Below, piece after piece: positions 9,430-19,768 of a DNA stretch of 37,666 nucleotides (positions are counted from its first letter, which is position 1; each line of letters starts with the position of its first letter). Under the pieces are notes generated by a model. The model was not told the origin of the DNA. It ran no database searches and saw nothing but the letters and a program-made list of their open reading frames with translations. Source of the stretch: Methanomassiliicoccales archaeon. Its GTDB lineage: Archaea > Thermoplasmatota > Thermoplasmata > GCA-020350865. A program made the translations under genes and the position numbers. Location of the stretch: contig CP070739.1 of assembly GCA_020347705.1 (NCBI GenBank), positions 2,541,158 to 2,578,823 of the forward strand, given 5' to 3'.

Positions 9430-12360
9430 GTGAATCGGGATTTCGGTCTAACGTTCGCGTTGACGATTCTGATAATGATACCAACAATAGGTTTGATTCC
9501 AATCGTGGAGGCAAAGGTCACGGTACACAGTGTAACCGTTACCACTGATAAAAGCGAGTACCCATTGGGAACGGAGGCCATTGCAAGGGCCGAGCTGGAC
9601 TTCACAGGTGCAAAAAAGGATCTACTTGGCGTGAATTTCACTTGGTATTACCCCAACGGCACAGTCGCAAAATCGGATTTGGAAGTTATGCCTGATGGTG
9701 GGGGTGTGGCTTATAGCTCATGGTGGTTAGACGAAATCGGCAATAACTATGTCGTAAACGCTACATACTCAGGAGATGAGACGAAATTCGATGAAACCAG
9801 TTTTGATGTCATAGATCCTCCTCTAATAAACGAGGTGAGCGGCCCAATAACTGTCGATACTATATGGCGCTCCTCTGATGGCCCATACATAGTGGTTGGT
9901 GATCTATTCGTGGAGCTCGGAGTCACATTGACAATCGAGCCTGGTGTTGTTGTGGAATTTTATAATGATACGGTCCTGAAAATAAACGGTACCATTATTG
10001 CGAGAGGAACCGAAACAAATATGATCACATTCACCTCGAACAACACAAACCCAGAACCAGGGGATTGGCAAGGTATTGAATTTAACAATGCGCATTCGAG
10101 CTCAGAAATCAGTTATGCCAGGATAGAATACTCCAATATCTGTATCGATATCTTCGATTCCTCCCCAACGATAACCAATAACCTGATCAGGGATGTGAAC
10201 CGTGCAGGGATACAGGCCTACAAAAGCTCTTCTTATATCGCTTACAATACAATCACCCACATTGTTTATGATTATGCCAGCAACAAAGGTATCAATCTAT
10301 TGGGTGAATGCGATGTTACGATCTACAAAAACACGATAACAGATGTGCAGGAATACGGTATAAAAATCAAGGACTCGGAACCAATTGTAAAAGAGAATTA
10401 TATTTCCGGAAGCATATATAATATATACTGTAATCAGAGCAATTCCATTATTGAAAAAAATACGTTGACAGACGCCGCAGATGGGATTTGGATAGATGGT
10501 TGCGAGGATGTACTGATAGCGAACAACACGATATCTGATTGTTATCAAAAAGGGATTCGCAGCGGAGGTTCCTCGTTGAGGATACTCAATAACCTCATTT
10601 CAGGCAATGGGGACAGTGGAATATATTTATACCATTGCCAAAACGTATTCGTTCTGAACAATAATTTCGAGGAGAATGAAAGAGGGATACACGGAAAATC
10701 CTCGGACATTTTAGTAATATTCGGAAATGGGGTGAACAACAGCATAAAAGACGGTATCTACCTCGAAGATTGTACGGATATCGACATATCGAACAACATC
10801 ATAGATGGCAACGAAAATGGAATCAATATCAAGGACACAGATTTTGTAGTTTTGAATTTAAATATCGCCTCCAACAACACAGAGAGGGCCCTATTCGCCT
10901 ATAACTCAATTGGAAACACCTTCGAGGAAAATTTCTTTTCAGAAAACAAACATGGTGTTTTTCTGTACTCAGCCAGCGCGAATATCGCGAATTGCACGTT
11001 TTCAAGCAGCTCTGATAGGGATATCTATTTGACCCAAAACTCGGGATTGATTGCCATAAACTCATCTTTCCATGACGAGAAATTACTGGTGTCCGGTGGA
11101 TGTGAGCTCACAGTGAAAAATTACCTCCATATATTCGTCCAAAACTCAACCTTCCATCCATTTCAAGGTGCGGAGGTTGAAATCAGGGATGGTGAGAAAA
11201 CGATTTACTCTATCCTAACTGATGACGAGGGATACTGTAGATATTTACTGCTCACAGACAGAACCTATTCCGGAAGCACCACACCCATTGAAAATATCAG
11301 TGTCGTGGAGGTAAATAGCGGCAATGTATTTCTCCTTGATAATCCCAGGGAAGTGGATATGTCATATTCTCATCTCGAAGTATTCAGTCCAGGCAATCCT
11401 TTATCCCTGGAAATAGTCTACCCTGCAAACAATTCCTTGGTTTTTGAAATTATCAATATCACAGGTACGGCCTCAAGCCAAAGCGGCCAAATTATAAAGG
11501 TTGAGGTGAGCGTGGGTGGAGGGGAATGGTTCTTGGCAAATCGAACTGGCGGCGATTGGTCTTTCTGGTGGTTCGAGCTTGATACGCAAACACTTGCTGA
11601 TGGATACCACAATATTTTGGTTAGGGTTTCTACCCAATACCATACCAATGAAACCTCTATCGAGGTTCTGGTGGATAATATCGGCAACAAGCCCCCAATG
11701 GTATCTATTACATCACACAACTCTCATGATGCGGTAAACGGTACCATTGTATTGGAGGGAACCGCTTTTGATTACGATGGAACAGTTAATTATGTGGATG
11801 TAAGAATCGATTTCGAGAAATGGAAAACTGCAGACAAATTAACCTGGAATTGGTCAGAATGGAGCATTGAAATAGACACAACAGACTATTCCAATGGCGA
11901 ACACAATATATCTGTGATGGCCGTTGACAATGCTACAGAGAGCATGGTTATTACCATAGTTCTCGTATTCGATAATAAAGACCTGCCTGAAGAGAATGGC
12001 GAAACTGATGATGGAATTGGACCCTTTCCCTGGTGGACCGTTCTGGGTGCACTGCTACTCATTATCGCGATCATCATGATTTTGATATTGATAGGGAGAA
12101 AGAGGGGAGAGGGTGAAAAGAGAGAGGAAGAAGGGCAAGTAGTGGAGGAAAAGACAGAAGGTGAAGCGGTAGAAGTAGAGGAAAAAGGGGAAGGAGAAGG
12201 GTTGGATGAGGAGGAAAAGGCAGAAGGTGAAGGGTTGCAGATGGATGAAAAGGGGGAAGGAGATGGATTAGATGAGGGTGTGGAGGGGGGTGAAGAACCA
12301 ATGGAGGAAGGACAAGGTATAGATAAGGAGATTGGAGGGAATGACAAACTAGGAGAATAG
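9430..12360 (+). CDS. cell-surface right-handed beta-helix (NosD/pectin-lyase-like repeat) protein with Ig-like domains, TM anchor and acidic cytoplasmic tail
   Basis: Signal peptide; LTIEPGV...F...GTIIARGT...ITFTS...PGDWQGI; many 'NN-I-x-x-N-x-x-GI' repeats; two C-terminal Ig-like domains; TM followed by RKR and an E/G-rich tail. Confidence 0.85.
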   Translation: MNRDFGLTFALTILIMIPTIGLIPIVEAKVTVHSVTVTTDKSEYPLGTEAIARAELDFTGAKKDLLGVNFTWYYPNGTVAKSDLEVMPDGGGVAYSSWWLDEIGNNYVVNATYSGDETKFDETSFDVIDPPLINEVSGPITVDTIWRSSDGPYIVVGDLFVELGVTLTIEPGVVVEFYNDTVLKINGTIIARGTETNMITFTSNNTNPEPGDWQGIEFNNAHSSSEISYARIEYSNICIDIFDSSPTITNNLIRDVNRAGIQAYKSSSYIAYNTITHIVYDYASNKGINLLGECDVTIYKNTITDVQEYGIKIKDSEPIVKENYISGSIYNIYCNQSNSIIEKNTLTDAADGIWIDGCEDVLIANNTISDCYQKGIRSGGSSLRILNNLISGNGDSGIYLYHCQNVFVLNNNFEENERGIHGKSSDILVIFGNGVNNSIKDGIYLEDCTDIDISNNIIDGNENGINIKDTDFVVLNLNIASNNTERALFAYNSIGNTFEENFFSENKHGVFLYSASANIANCTFSSSSDRDIYLTQNSGLIAINSSFHDEKLLVSGGCELTVKNYLHIFVQNSTFHPFQGAEVEIRDGEKTIYSILTDDEGYCRYLLLTDRTYSGSTTPIENISVVEVNSGNVFLLDNPREVDMSYSHLEVFSPGNPLSLEIVYPANNSLVFEIINITGTASSQSGQIIKVEVSVGGGEWFLANRTGGDWSFWWFELDTQTLADGYHNILVRVSTQYHTNETSIEVLVDNIGNKPPMVSITSHNSHDAVNGTIVLEGTAFDYDGTVNYVDVRIDFEKWKTADKLTWNWSEWSIEIDTTDYSNGEHNISVMAVDNATESMVITIVLVFDNKDLPEENGETDDGIGPFPWWTVLGALLLIIAIIMILILIGRKRGEGEKREEEGQVVEEKTEGEAVEVEEKGEGEGLDEEEKAEGEGLQMDEKGEGDGLDEGVEGGEEPMEEGQGIDKEIGGNDKLGE
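12145..12276 (+). repeat. four 33-bp (11-aa) tandem coding repeats, EEKxEGExxxx
   Basis: EEKTEGEAVEV / EEKGEGEGLDE / EEKAEGEGLQM / DEKGEGDGLDE; units alternate A/B, giving a 66-bp higher-order period. Confidence 0.75.
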
Positions 12361-12393
12361 AAAGTCAATTCATATATATTTACCAATCCCAGC

Positions 12394-14313
12394 TCATCCA
12401 TTTTTGAAAAAATCCCTGCATTCTTTTATTACATCAGGACTTAATTTCAGATCTGGTAAAAATTCCTTAAAATGACTTGCTCTTTTGTCGAGAATTACAG
12501 CCACACCCCTGTCCTTCTCGTCTCTGATGAGTCTACCTATGGTTTGAAGGAGTCTTCTTGTGGTAGGGGCCTTGACTGCGTACTCCCAGCCCTTTTTGAA
12601 TTTCCTATCATAGAATATCTCCTGTGCTTTTTGTTTTGCCGAGGGTTTGGGATAGGGAATGCCCACGATCACCAGTATTTCCATCTGCTCTGAGGGGTAG
12701 TCTATACCCTCGCTCAGCCTTCCACCGACAACAGAGAGAAGTACGGCACCTTCTTGGGATCGTGATTTAAACCCCTCTACGAGATCCATTATCTCCCTTT
12801 GGTTCATACCCTGTTCTTCCACATAAAACCTTTTATTAATCCCAAAATATAAACCGTCGGCAAGAAAAAGCTTCATGATCCGAAAGCTCGGAAAGAAGAT
12901 GGCCGTATTTCTCTTAAATGCGGTGCTCAAACCCAGAAGATAATCCTCCATTTTCGGAATTAAAGTGCGGTCCTTTGACAAATCCTCATACCTCGTTGTC
13001 ACATCCTCTACATATATAACAACCCTATTTTCCATGGGAAAGGGCGAGGGAAATGAAGCCAAAATTGAATCTGATGGAAGGCCCACTGAGTCACGATATT
13101 CCTCAAGCGGCGTAAGTGTTCCCGACATATGGATTGAAGAGTGACACTCAAGCACTGCTTTTGATGCAATTGCGGGTTCAAGACAGTATATCTGAAGCTG
13201 CGTTTTTCCGTGATTGTGTATCAATTTCACGAATTCTCCGTTCTGCTGCTCAATCCAGAACGATAAAAAATGCCCAACTGAGTGGATATAGGAACGGGGA
13301 AGGACTCCGTCTTTTAATCTAACATCTTTTATTATCTCACCGTGAATGATGAGATCGCTTGCCATGGCTTTTAACTTCCTGCTCGTGATGTTATACTCGT
13401 GCATCAGTTCACCAAGAAATTCCCCAGGAGGAATAAAGGCATCCTCTTCTTCCTTTAAGTAATCCTTCTGAAAAACGGAGATAATATCCTTTATTCGCCT
13501 CATCAGTTTAGCAATATGAAAGCCATCCGAGGTGCGTAAATCCCCGAATTCCCTTGCCTCGGATTTGGCCATATCCAATGTTTTGATACCGAGTTCCATT
13601 GATTCGATATCTCTTGCGTAATCGGGCAGGTTGTGGGCTTCATCCACGATCAATATGATATCGCTTTCAGTGCAGCCCATCCATTCGAGGACCCGGGTTC
13701 TGATGAACTGATTGAAGAAATATATGTATGGTGCGGTCACTAAAACGGCATCCCTCACTAAGGATTTATTCGCTTCATAGGGACAGATACCTTCATCTTC
13801 ACATCGCTTAGTGAACTCCTCCACGGTTGGATGTGTTTCAAATGCCCAATTTCTTATAGAGGACGTATCTTCGATGCACACCTTCGCATAGTATTTGCAG
13901 GATTTTGGTTTAGTACCCTCGGAAATGGATTTTAAAACTTCCATCTTTCTTTTGCCGCATATCTTTGAAAGCTCATCAGGAGATCCTTTTGCCATCATCG
14001 AATCCTGCTTTAAGGAGGGACACATCTGATGCCTGCCTTGAATGCCCAAACCAAATATCTTCTCCTTTGCATTTATTTTCCTCAGCTCGTATATGACCTG
14101 CCTCTGCTGAGAATTTGTTCGTGTTAGGTAAAGCACCCTTTTATCCTGCTTTAGAGCGTATCCTAATGTAGGCACAAGAGTACATATCGTCTTGCCCGAG
14201 CCTGTTCCTGATTCCATGACAAGATGCGATTTCCCCTCAACGCTATCCGCGATAATTGTCATTATCTCGGACTGTTTCTTTCTTAATTCGTAGGGAAATA
14301 AAGAATCCACCAT
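12394..14313 (-). CDS. xpd: XPD/Rad3-family FeS-containing 5'-3' DNA helicase
   Basis: SGTGSGKT Walker A, FeS cysteines (MCP, IC, SCKYY, ICPYE), DEAH, MSGTL, EGID, QTIGRLIR. Confidence 0.92.
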   Translation of the reverse strand: MVDSLFPYELRKKQSEIMTIIADSVEGKSHLVMESGTGSGKTICTLVPTLGYALKQDKRVLYLTRTNSQQRQVIYELRKINAKEKIFGLGIQGRHQMCPSLKQDSMMAKGSPDELSKICGKRKMEVLKSISEGTKPKSCKYYAKVCIEDTSSIRNWAFETHPTVEEFTKRCEDEGICPYEANKSLVRDAVLVTAPYIYFFNQFIRTRVLEWMGCTESDIILIVDEAHNLPDYARDIESMELGIKTLDMAKSEAREFGDLRTSDGFHIAKLMRRIKDIISVFQKDYLKEEEDAFIPPGEFLGELMHEYNITSRKLKAMASDLIIHGEIIKDVRLKDGVLPRSYIHSVGHFLSFWIEQQNGEFVKLIHNHGKTQLQIYCLEPAIASKAVLECHSSIHMSGTLTPLEEYRDSVGLPSDSILASFPSPFPMENRVVIYVEDVTTRYEDLSKDRTLIPKMEDYLLGLSTAFKRNTAIFFPSFRIMKLFLADGLYFGINKRFYVEEQGMNQREIMDLVEGFKSRSQEGAVLLSVVGGRLSEGIDYPSEQMEILVIVGIPYPKPSAKQKAQEIFYDRKFKKGWEYAVKAPTTRRLLQTIGRLIRDEKDRGVAVILDKRASHFKEFLPDLKLSPDVIKECRDFFKNG

Positions 14314-14346
14314 AGCAGGTGAATCAATGGGCCAGAATAAAAATGT

Positions 14347-14769
14347 TTACTCTTCTTCATTCCTTTTCCAGATATCATCCGGAATTTCCGAGTATACGAG
14401 ATTTTCCTCTTCGGCCTTGATTCTTTCCTTCTCCTCTGCGGCCTCCACGAGCTCTCTGATCTTTTCCTTTCTGAACAGCCAGTAATGTATCCGCCATTCC
14501 CTTCCATCATAAAGAGTGGTTTCTTCCCTCTCAGTAGTAAGAAGGCCTGAATCTTCAAGCATGTAGAAAGCGTCCCTATCCTCAGGCTCTAAAACATTGT
14601 CTATGATCCTGTCGCTGTAACCGAAGAAATTCAAAACATGTTTTGCCATGGCTCTTGCTGCCTCGGTCTCCATACCGCTTTTGTCGATACTGTTTTTGAT
14701 CGCTTTGGTTAGGTCCTCGACAGTCAACGTGTCTACAGGTCCTTTTTTTAGTTTTGTCTTAAATGCCAT
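14347..14769 (-). CDS. conserved Thermoplasmata-type hypothetical protein (DUF6015-like), probable winged helix
   Basis: VLNFFGYSDRIIDNVLEPEDRDAFYMLEDSGLL...WRIHYW; AAGGAG SD; 33 bp upstream of xpd. DUF name is from memory. Confidence 0.7.
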   Translation of the reverse strand: MAFKTKLKKGPVDTLTVEDLTKAIKNSIDKSGMETEAARAMAKHVLNFFGYSDRIIDNVLEPEDRDAFYMLEDSGLLTTEREETTLYDGREWRIHYWLFRKEKIRELVEAAEEKERIKAEEENLVYSEIPDDIWKRNEEE

Positions 14770-14904
14770 TTTCAACAGCTCCTTACCTCACATATATCTG
14801 AGTACTTGTTTAGGTCACGCTACAGATATTACTAGGTAGGTATATTTATATTTTTCGTGTGTGTGAACCCAAATTGAAAATTTTAAAGATGTATATAAGG
14901 GGGT

Positions 14905-15657
14905 TTAATATAACGATAAATCCCCATTTTTTATTCGTTTTAATGTACAAATTAGGTTCTTTGAATTGTCGAATGCTTCTATATCACCCTTCATCACTTC
15001 TTTACCCAATCCTTTTTCTCTGGCCCTCTTGATATCTTCGATGATCCTAGGCATGGCCCTCACAACATCGTCAACGATGGTGATATTGGCCGCCTTTGAG
15101 GTCCTGGAAAGAGGATTTAGGTCTATTGCTATCACGGTCTTCCCCATTTTCTTGAGGGCCATGGCCCTGTCTCCGTCCTCCAAGGGGATTAGAATGACAT
15201 CGGCCCTCATCGTGCCCTCCTCTGAGCATACGCCCCTTTTGTGCTCCAATCCTGGGATTGTCGCGTCAGGTTTCTCTCCCAACACCTTCTTTGCACCGTG
15301 TTTTATTAAAAGTTCGGCGATTATCCTCACCCTTTTTTCGCTTCTGTAAAACAGATTGATTTCCAAATTCGCAGGAAGTAGCTCTGAAAGCTTTACCAAC
15401 TCATCCGGGACCAGTACCGCAGTGTTTCCGTTCACCGAGATCACAGGATGTTTTGCCATAATAAGATGATAGGCGGCGATTTTTTCGGCCAATTCGGCTT
15501 CCGGTATCGTCCTCTCTCCAATAAGATAATCAAATGCCTCCCCGCGGCCGTGTGCAATCAATCCTGCCTCGGCCACAATGCCAGCCTTCATCCCATCGAT
15601 GATCTTCTCTCTCTTTTTAAGGGATTCATATCTTGGATGGGATTTTGGAACATGCAT
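14905..15657 (-). CDS. pps: 4-phosphopantoate--beta-alanine ligase (archaeal phosphopantothenate synthetase)
   Basis: SHPRYESL, GLIAHGRGEAFDYLIGE, SVNGN, PLEDGDR, IDLNPLSRT. Confidence 0.93.
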   Translation of the reverse strand: MHVPKSHPRYESLKKREKIIDGMKAGIVAEAGLIAHGRGEAFDYLIGERTIPEAELAEKIAAYHLIMAKHPVISVNGNTAVLVPDELVKLSELLPANLEINLFYRSEKRVRIIAELLIKHGAKKVLGEKPDATIPGLEHKRGVCSEEGTMRADVILIPLEDGDRAMALKKMGKTVIAIDLNPLSRTSKAANITIVDDVVRAMPRIIEDIKRAREKGLGKEVMKGDIEAFDNSKNLICTLKRIKNGDLSLY

Positions 15658-15740
15658 ATCAAGGTGATTGTAATGAATTGAATTAATGTTTTTTGCTACA
15701 TCATTTATAAAATTGAGTTATCATCGGATTCAGATTGCGG

Positions 15741-16736
15741 CTATACGGTCCAAACGTACTCGATCCCGCCTGCAATCCTCAACCTCAGGTACGCATTTCC
15801 CATGAGGGTTACTTGGGTGCTCAATTCCTCGGATGGACTTGGGATGGTTCCGAGAGAATTTTCGAAGATATTTGGACCGAAAACTCGTCTCATGGCCTCT
15901 GAAGAGGAGGTGGGGTCTTTTAATATAAGGGTTCCCCCAGAACCGTCCCCGGTTGAAACCTCGAAGTGATAGATTAGGGATTCAAAGGGTCCCCAATCAG
16001 GATGTCCTTCTATCAAGGTATTGTCAACCTGTAATACGGGTGCTGTATACATCTGATCAATAAGGTCTACCCCACGGACGAAGAACACATCCCCAGAAAA
16101 GCCCTTCCCACAGGACACCAGGGTCATTTCGACTTGTGGGGATCCGTTTGCGTCTTCCAGAACAAGCGAATGAATCCATTGGGCCTGGGAATCGTACGAA
16201 TAGGTGAGCCTCTCACCTGATGGAGATGTCGCGAGAATGTCCACGATATAGGTGGTTCCACCATCGGGTAGGTCCGCGGTTCCTATTTCGCTTATGTAGG
16301 CCTTAAGATCATTGATGCCGAACATCGTAAAAGTCCATTCCTTCCCTTTTTTCAGGGGAAAGGATAACAGGGATTGGGGTATTCCCTTCTCATATATCCC
16401 CAAATCCTCCATCACCACCCTGCCGAGCATTGGATTGTAGTTGAGCACTCCATGACGCTGCGCGTCGGTTCTTGAAGATACACCTACTTGATAATCAGTT
16501 CCATCGTCCGAGGCCACCACGATTCTTGAGACTAAGTCCTCTGTATCCGGGGTCTTGAAGGAATAAGTCCAATACTGCCCCTTCTCCCATGTTGGAAGGG
16601 AAATTTCCGATGGCACCTGGCCCTCATCCGAGTACTCGATATATCCAGTAAGAATAGCACCCCCCAATAAAAATCCCACTATGAAGATAACGATTATAGT
16701 CAACATGGAAACCGATATCTTCCTCTTGATGTTCAT
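15741..16736 (-). CDS. hypothetical N-terminally anchored extracellular protein
   Basis: Basic N-terminus plus TM, P-x-W-x-x-G-x-x-W-x-Y motif; GAGG SD before ATG at 16736. Confidence 0.7.
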   Translation of the reverse strand: MNIKRKISVSMLTIIVIFIVGFLLGGAILTGYIEYSDEGQVPSEISLPTWEKGQYWTYSFKTPDTEDLVSRIVVASDDGTDYQVGVSSRTDAQRHGVLNYNPMLGRVVMEDLGIYEKGIPQSLLSFPLKKGKEWTFTMFGINDLKAYISEIGTADLPDGGTTYIVDILATSPSGERLTYSYDSQAQWIHSLVLEDANGSPQVEMTLVSCGKGFSGDVFFVRGVDLIDQMYTAPVLQVDNTLIEGHPDWGPFESLIYHFEVSTGDGSGGTLILKDPTSSSEAMRRVFGPNIFENSLGTIPSPSEELSTQVTLMGNAYLRLRIAGGIEYVWTV

Positions 16737-16929
16737 ATTCCTCAACCGCAGTAACATATTTGCTATCTTCACTATAAATGTTTTCATTCCTTCCCGAAAA
16801 GCAGTTAAGACAATAATTTAAAATTATGATGAGGGTTTCTTAAAACTGTTTGCGGCAGAAAAACGATTACCTTGGTCATATATATTTTTTCGCAAAAATT
16901 TCATTTACTAGAATGCTCATATCCCTATA

Positions 16930-17997
16930 ATGGTTGGAGACAGCGAGGCGTTGAAAAGGCTTGAAAGTTATGATATGGACGACTTGGTAATAGCCACGTT
17001 GTGCTCTCATACCAGTCTGCAGATTTTTGACGGTGCCCGAAAGGAGGGATTCAAAACTCTTGGCATCTCCATTGGCCCTCCATCCAAATATTACGATGCC
17101 TTTCCAAATGCAAGGCCTGATGAATTCCTGGTTGTGGATAACCATGTGGATATCCTATCAAAAGCTGATGAGCTGTGTGCCAAAAACGCGATATTGATCC
17201 CTCACGGCTCATTTGTGGAATACCTAGGGCCAGATAACTTCGAGAATCTAACGGTCCCCACCTTCGGGAACAGAAAGGTTCTCAAATGGGAATCCTCCAG
17301 AATCAAGGAAAGGGAGTGGCTGGAGGGCGCAGGTATAAAAATGCCGAGGCTGTTCACCAAACCCGAAGAAATCGATAGGCCTGTTGTGGTCAAGTTCGAC
17401 GGTGCAAAAGGGGGCAGGGGTTTCTTCATAGTCAAGGACTATGAGGAATTCAACAAGGTAGGACCAACACAGAGGTACACGATACAAGAATACGTTCTTG
17501 GGACAAGATATTACCTGCACTATTTTTTCTCGCCTCTAAAGGAGGAGGGATATCGCCTCTCTAATGGTTCCTTGGAGCTCCTCAGTATCGACAGGCGGGA
17601 CGAGACGAACATAGACGAGATGTACAAACTTGGCTCCCAGGAGGAATTGAAGAAATTGGACCTCTATCCGAGTTTTGTGGTCACTGGCAATGTCCCGTTG
17701 ACCATTCGAGAATCGTTACTTGCCGAGGTTTTTAATATGGGAGAAAAGGTGGTGGAAAAATCCTTCGACCTGTTCGGAGGCATAATCGGACCGTTCTGCC
17801 TTGAAACCATAGTGAACGACAAACTTGAATTCAAGGTGTTCGAGGTATCCGCCAGGATAGTTGCCGGAACGAATCCATTTATTTCAGGGTCACCGTATTC
17901 CGATTTTATAGAACCAAATCTCTCGACAGGAAGACGGATCGCACAGGAAATCAATATCGCCTGCGAATTGGACAGACTTGATGAGATTCTCAGCTGA
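16930..17997 (+). CDS. purP: formate-dependent AICAR formyltransferase (FAICAR synthetase, ATP-grasp) or close paralog
   Basis: IATLCSHTSLQIFDGARKEGF, IPHGSFVEY, GAKGGRGFF, GPFCLE, SARIVAGTN, TGRRIA. Confidence 0.9.
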   Translation: MVGDSEALKRLESYDMDDLVIATLCSHTSLQIFDGARKEGFKTLGISIGPPSKYYDAFPNARPDEFLVVDNHVDILSKADELCAKNAILIPHGSFVEYLGPDNFENLTVPTFGNRKVLKWESSRIKEREWLEGAGIKMPRLFTKPEEIDRPVVVKFDGAKGGRGFFIVKDYEEFNKVGPTQRYTIQEYVLGTRYYLHYFFSPLKEEGYRLSNGSLELLSIDRRDETNIDEMYKLGSQEELKKLDLYPSFVVTGNVPLTIRESLLAEVFNMGEKVVEKSFDLFGGIIGPFCLETIVNDKLEFKVFEVSARIVAGTNPFISGSPYSDFIEPNLSTGRRIAQEINIACELDRLDEILS

Positions 17998-18027
17998 AGG
18001 TTTCTTTTTCAATATTTTCAATAACCC

Positions 18028-19593
18028 TCAATGTTTAAACAGCCTTACACCCGAGAATACCATGGACATGCCGTGCTCGTTTGCAGCTGCAATGACCTCC
18101 TCGTCTCTCACCGACCCTCCTGGCTGGATTATCGCTGAAACCCCGACTTTTGCCGCGGCATCCACACCATCCCTGAAGGGGAAGAAGGCGTCAGAAGCCA
18201 TCACGCTGCCCTTGGCCGCTTCCTTTGCCTTGCGCGCTGCGATCATGGAGGCATCCACCCTGCTCATCTGCCCTGCACCGATTCCCACCGTCCGCTCCCC
18301 TTGGGCCAGAAGGATGGAATTCGATTTCACATGTTTTAAAACCTTCCAGGCAAATACCATTGTTTTAAGTTCAGCCTCGGTGGGTTTCTTCTCTGTGACC
18401 ACCTTCAGCTCCTCAACTTTTAAATCTGGAAAATCGCCAGTTTGAATGAGCAAACCACCTTTTACCTTCATCACCTTGTGCTCAACAGGAGATTCCCTGA
18501 TGATTGGCGTTCCGGTTTTAAGCAGTCTTATGCTCTTCTTTTTCGATAGTAGGCTGAGGGCATCTGGATGAAAATCTGGGGCGATCACCGCCTCGACGAA
18601 GTGCTTTTTGATCTCTTCTGCAGTGGCAAGGTCGCAATCCCTGTTCAATCCCACCACACTGCCAAAGGCAGATAGGGAATCTGCTGCCTCCGCGATGATA
18701 TAGGCCTCGGAGATGGTCTCGGCACTTGCCACGCCGCAAGGATTCGTATGTTTTATGACCGATGACGTGGGCCTTGTAAAGTCCATCACTATATCCAAGG
18801 CTGAATCCAAATCGATGATGTTGTTGAAGGAGAGTTCCTTTCCATGTAGCTTTTGCGCATTGCCTACGCATACACCAGTGAACCTCGTGTTTTTGTAGAA
18901 CGCGGCCTTCTGATGCGGATTTTCCCCATATCTGAGGTCCATTGCCTTCTCGTATCCCAGGTTTATAACCTCCGGGAAGGGTATTGTGGGTGTGAAGATC
19001 TTCTGAAGATAATCAGATATCACGCTGTCGTATTTTGCAGTATGCTCAAAAGCTTCCAGGGCCAGCTTGGAGGAAAACTCAGCGGAAATTCCCCCTCCGT
19101 TGCTCTTCAATTCTTCAAGCACATCATTGTATCTTCCTGGGTTTACTACCACTGCGACTCCATTATGATTCTTCGCGGCCGATCGTATCATCGTGGGTCC
19201 GCCTATATCTATATTCTCAACGGCCTCCTCCACACTGACGTCCTTCTTTTTAATCGTCTGCTCGAACGGGTAGAGATTCACCACGACCATATCAATAGGT
19301 GTGATGCCATGTTCCTCCAGCTGTGACATATGTTCTTCAGAATTCCTTATCGCAAGTATCCCGCCGTGGACTGCTGGATGTAATGTCTTTACACGTCCGT
19401 TCAACATCTCTGGGAACTTAGTATATTCAGATACCAGTGTGACCGGAACTCCTTTTTCTTTCAAGAGTTTTGCAGTTCCCCCGGTAGAAAGTATTTCCAC
19501 ATCATGATCCGTTAAGCCTTGTGCAAATTCGACGATTCCATTCTTATCCGAAACACTAATCAAAGCGCGTCTTATGTTGATCAATTTTCTCAC
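18028..19593 (-). CDS. purH: bifunctional AICAR transformylase / IMP cyclohydrolase
   Basis: ALISVSDK, STGGT, GRVKTLHP, IDIGGPTMIR, LRYGENPHQ, KHTNPCG, GQMSRVD, SDAFFPF, IIQPGGS. Confidence 0.97.
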   Translation of the reverse strand: MRKLINIRRALISVSDKNGIVEFAQGLTDHDVEILSTGGTAKLLKEKGVPVTLVSEYTKFPEMLNGRVKTLHPAVHGGILAIRNSEEHMSQLEEHGITPIDMVVVNLYPFEQTIKKKDVSVEEAVENIDIGGPTMIRSAAKNHNGVAVVVNPGRYNDVLEELKSNGGGISAEFSSKLALEAFEHTAKYDSVISDYLQKIFTPTIPFPEVINLGYEKAMDLRYGENPHQKAAFYKNTRFTGVCVGNAQKLHGKELSFNNIIDLDSALDIVMDFTRPTSSVIKHTNPCGVASAETISEAYIIAEAADSLSAFGSVVGLNRDCDLATAEEIKKHFVEAVIAPDFHPDALSLLSKKKSIRLLKTGTPIIRESPVEHKVMKVKGGLLIQTGDFPDLKVEELKVVTEKKPTEAELKTMVFAWKVLKHVKSNSILLAQGERTVGIGAGQMSRVDASMIAARKAKEAAKGSVMASDAFFPFRDGVDAAAKVGVSAIIQPGGSVRDEEVIAAANEHGMSMVFSGVRLFKH

Positions 19594-19768
19594 TTCCCTT
19601 TCGTTTTACCCCCCTTGTGGGCCTTTTACCATAATGGGATGTTAGTAAAAAAACTTGTTGCTAAAACCTGTTATCGCAATTCTCTCACATGATAAGCGAA
19701 CACACATAAATAGCCGAAGCATATTTAAATCAAAAAGGCATTAGCGTGGCTCAAGGAGAGGAGCTAAG

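Noticed and set aside
11886-12401. 171-aa Ser/Pro-rich minus-strand ORF
   Set aside because: Antisense reading of the Glu/Gly repeat tail.
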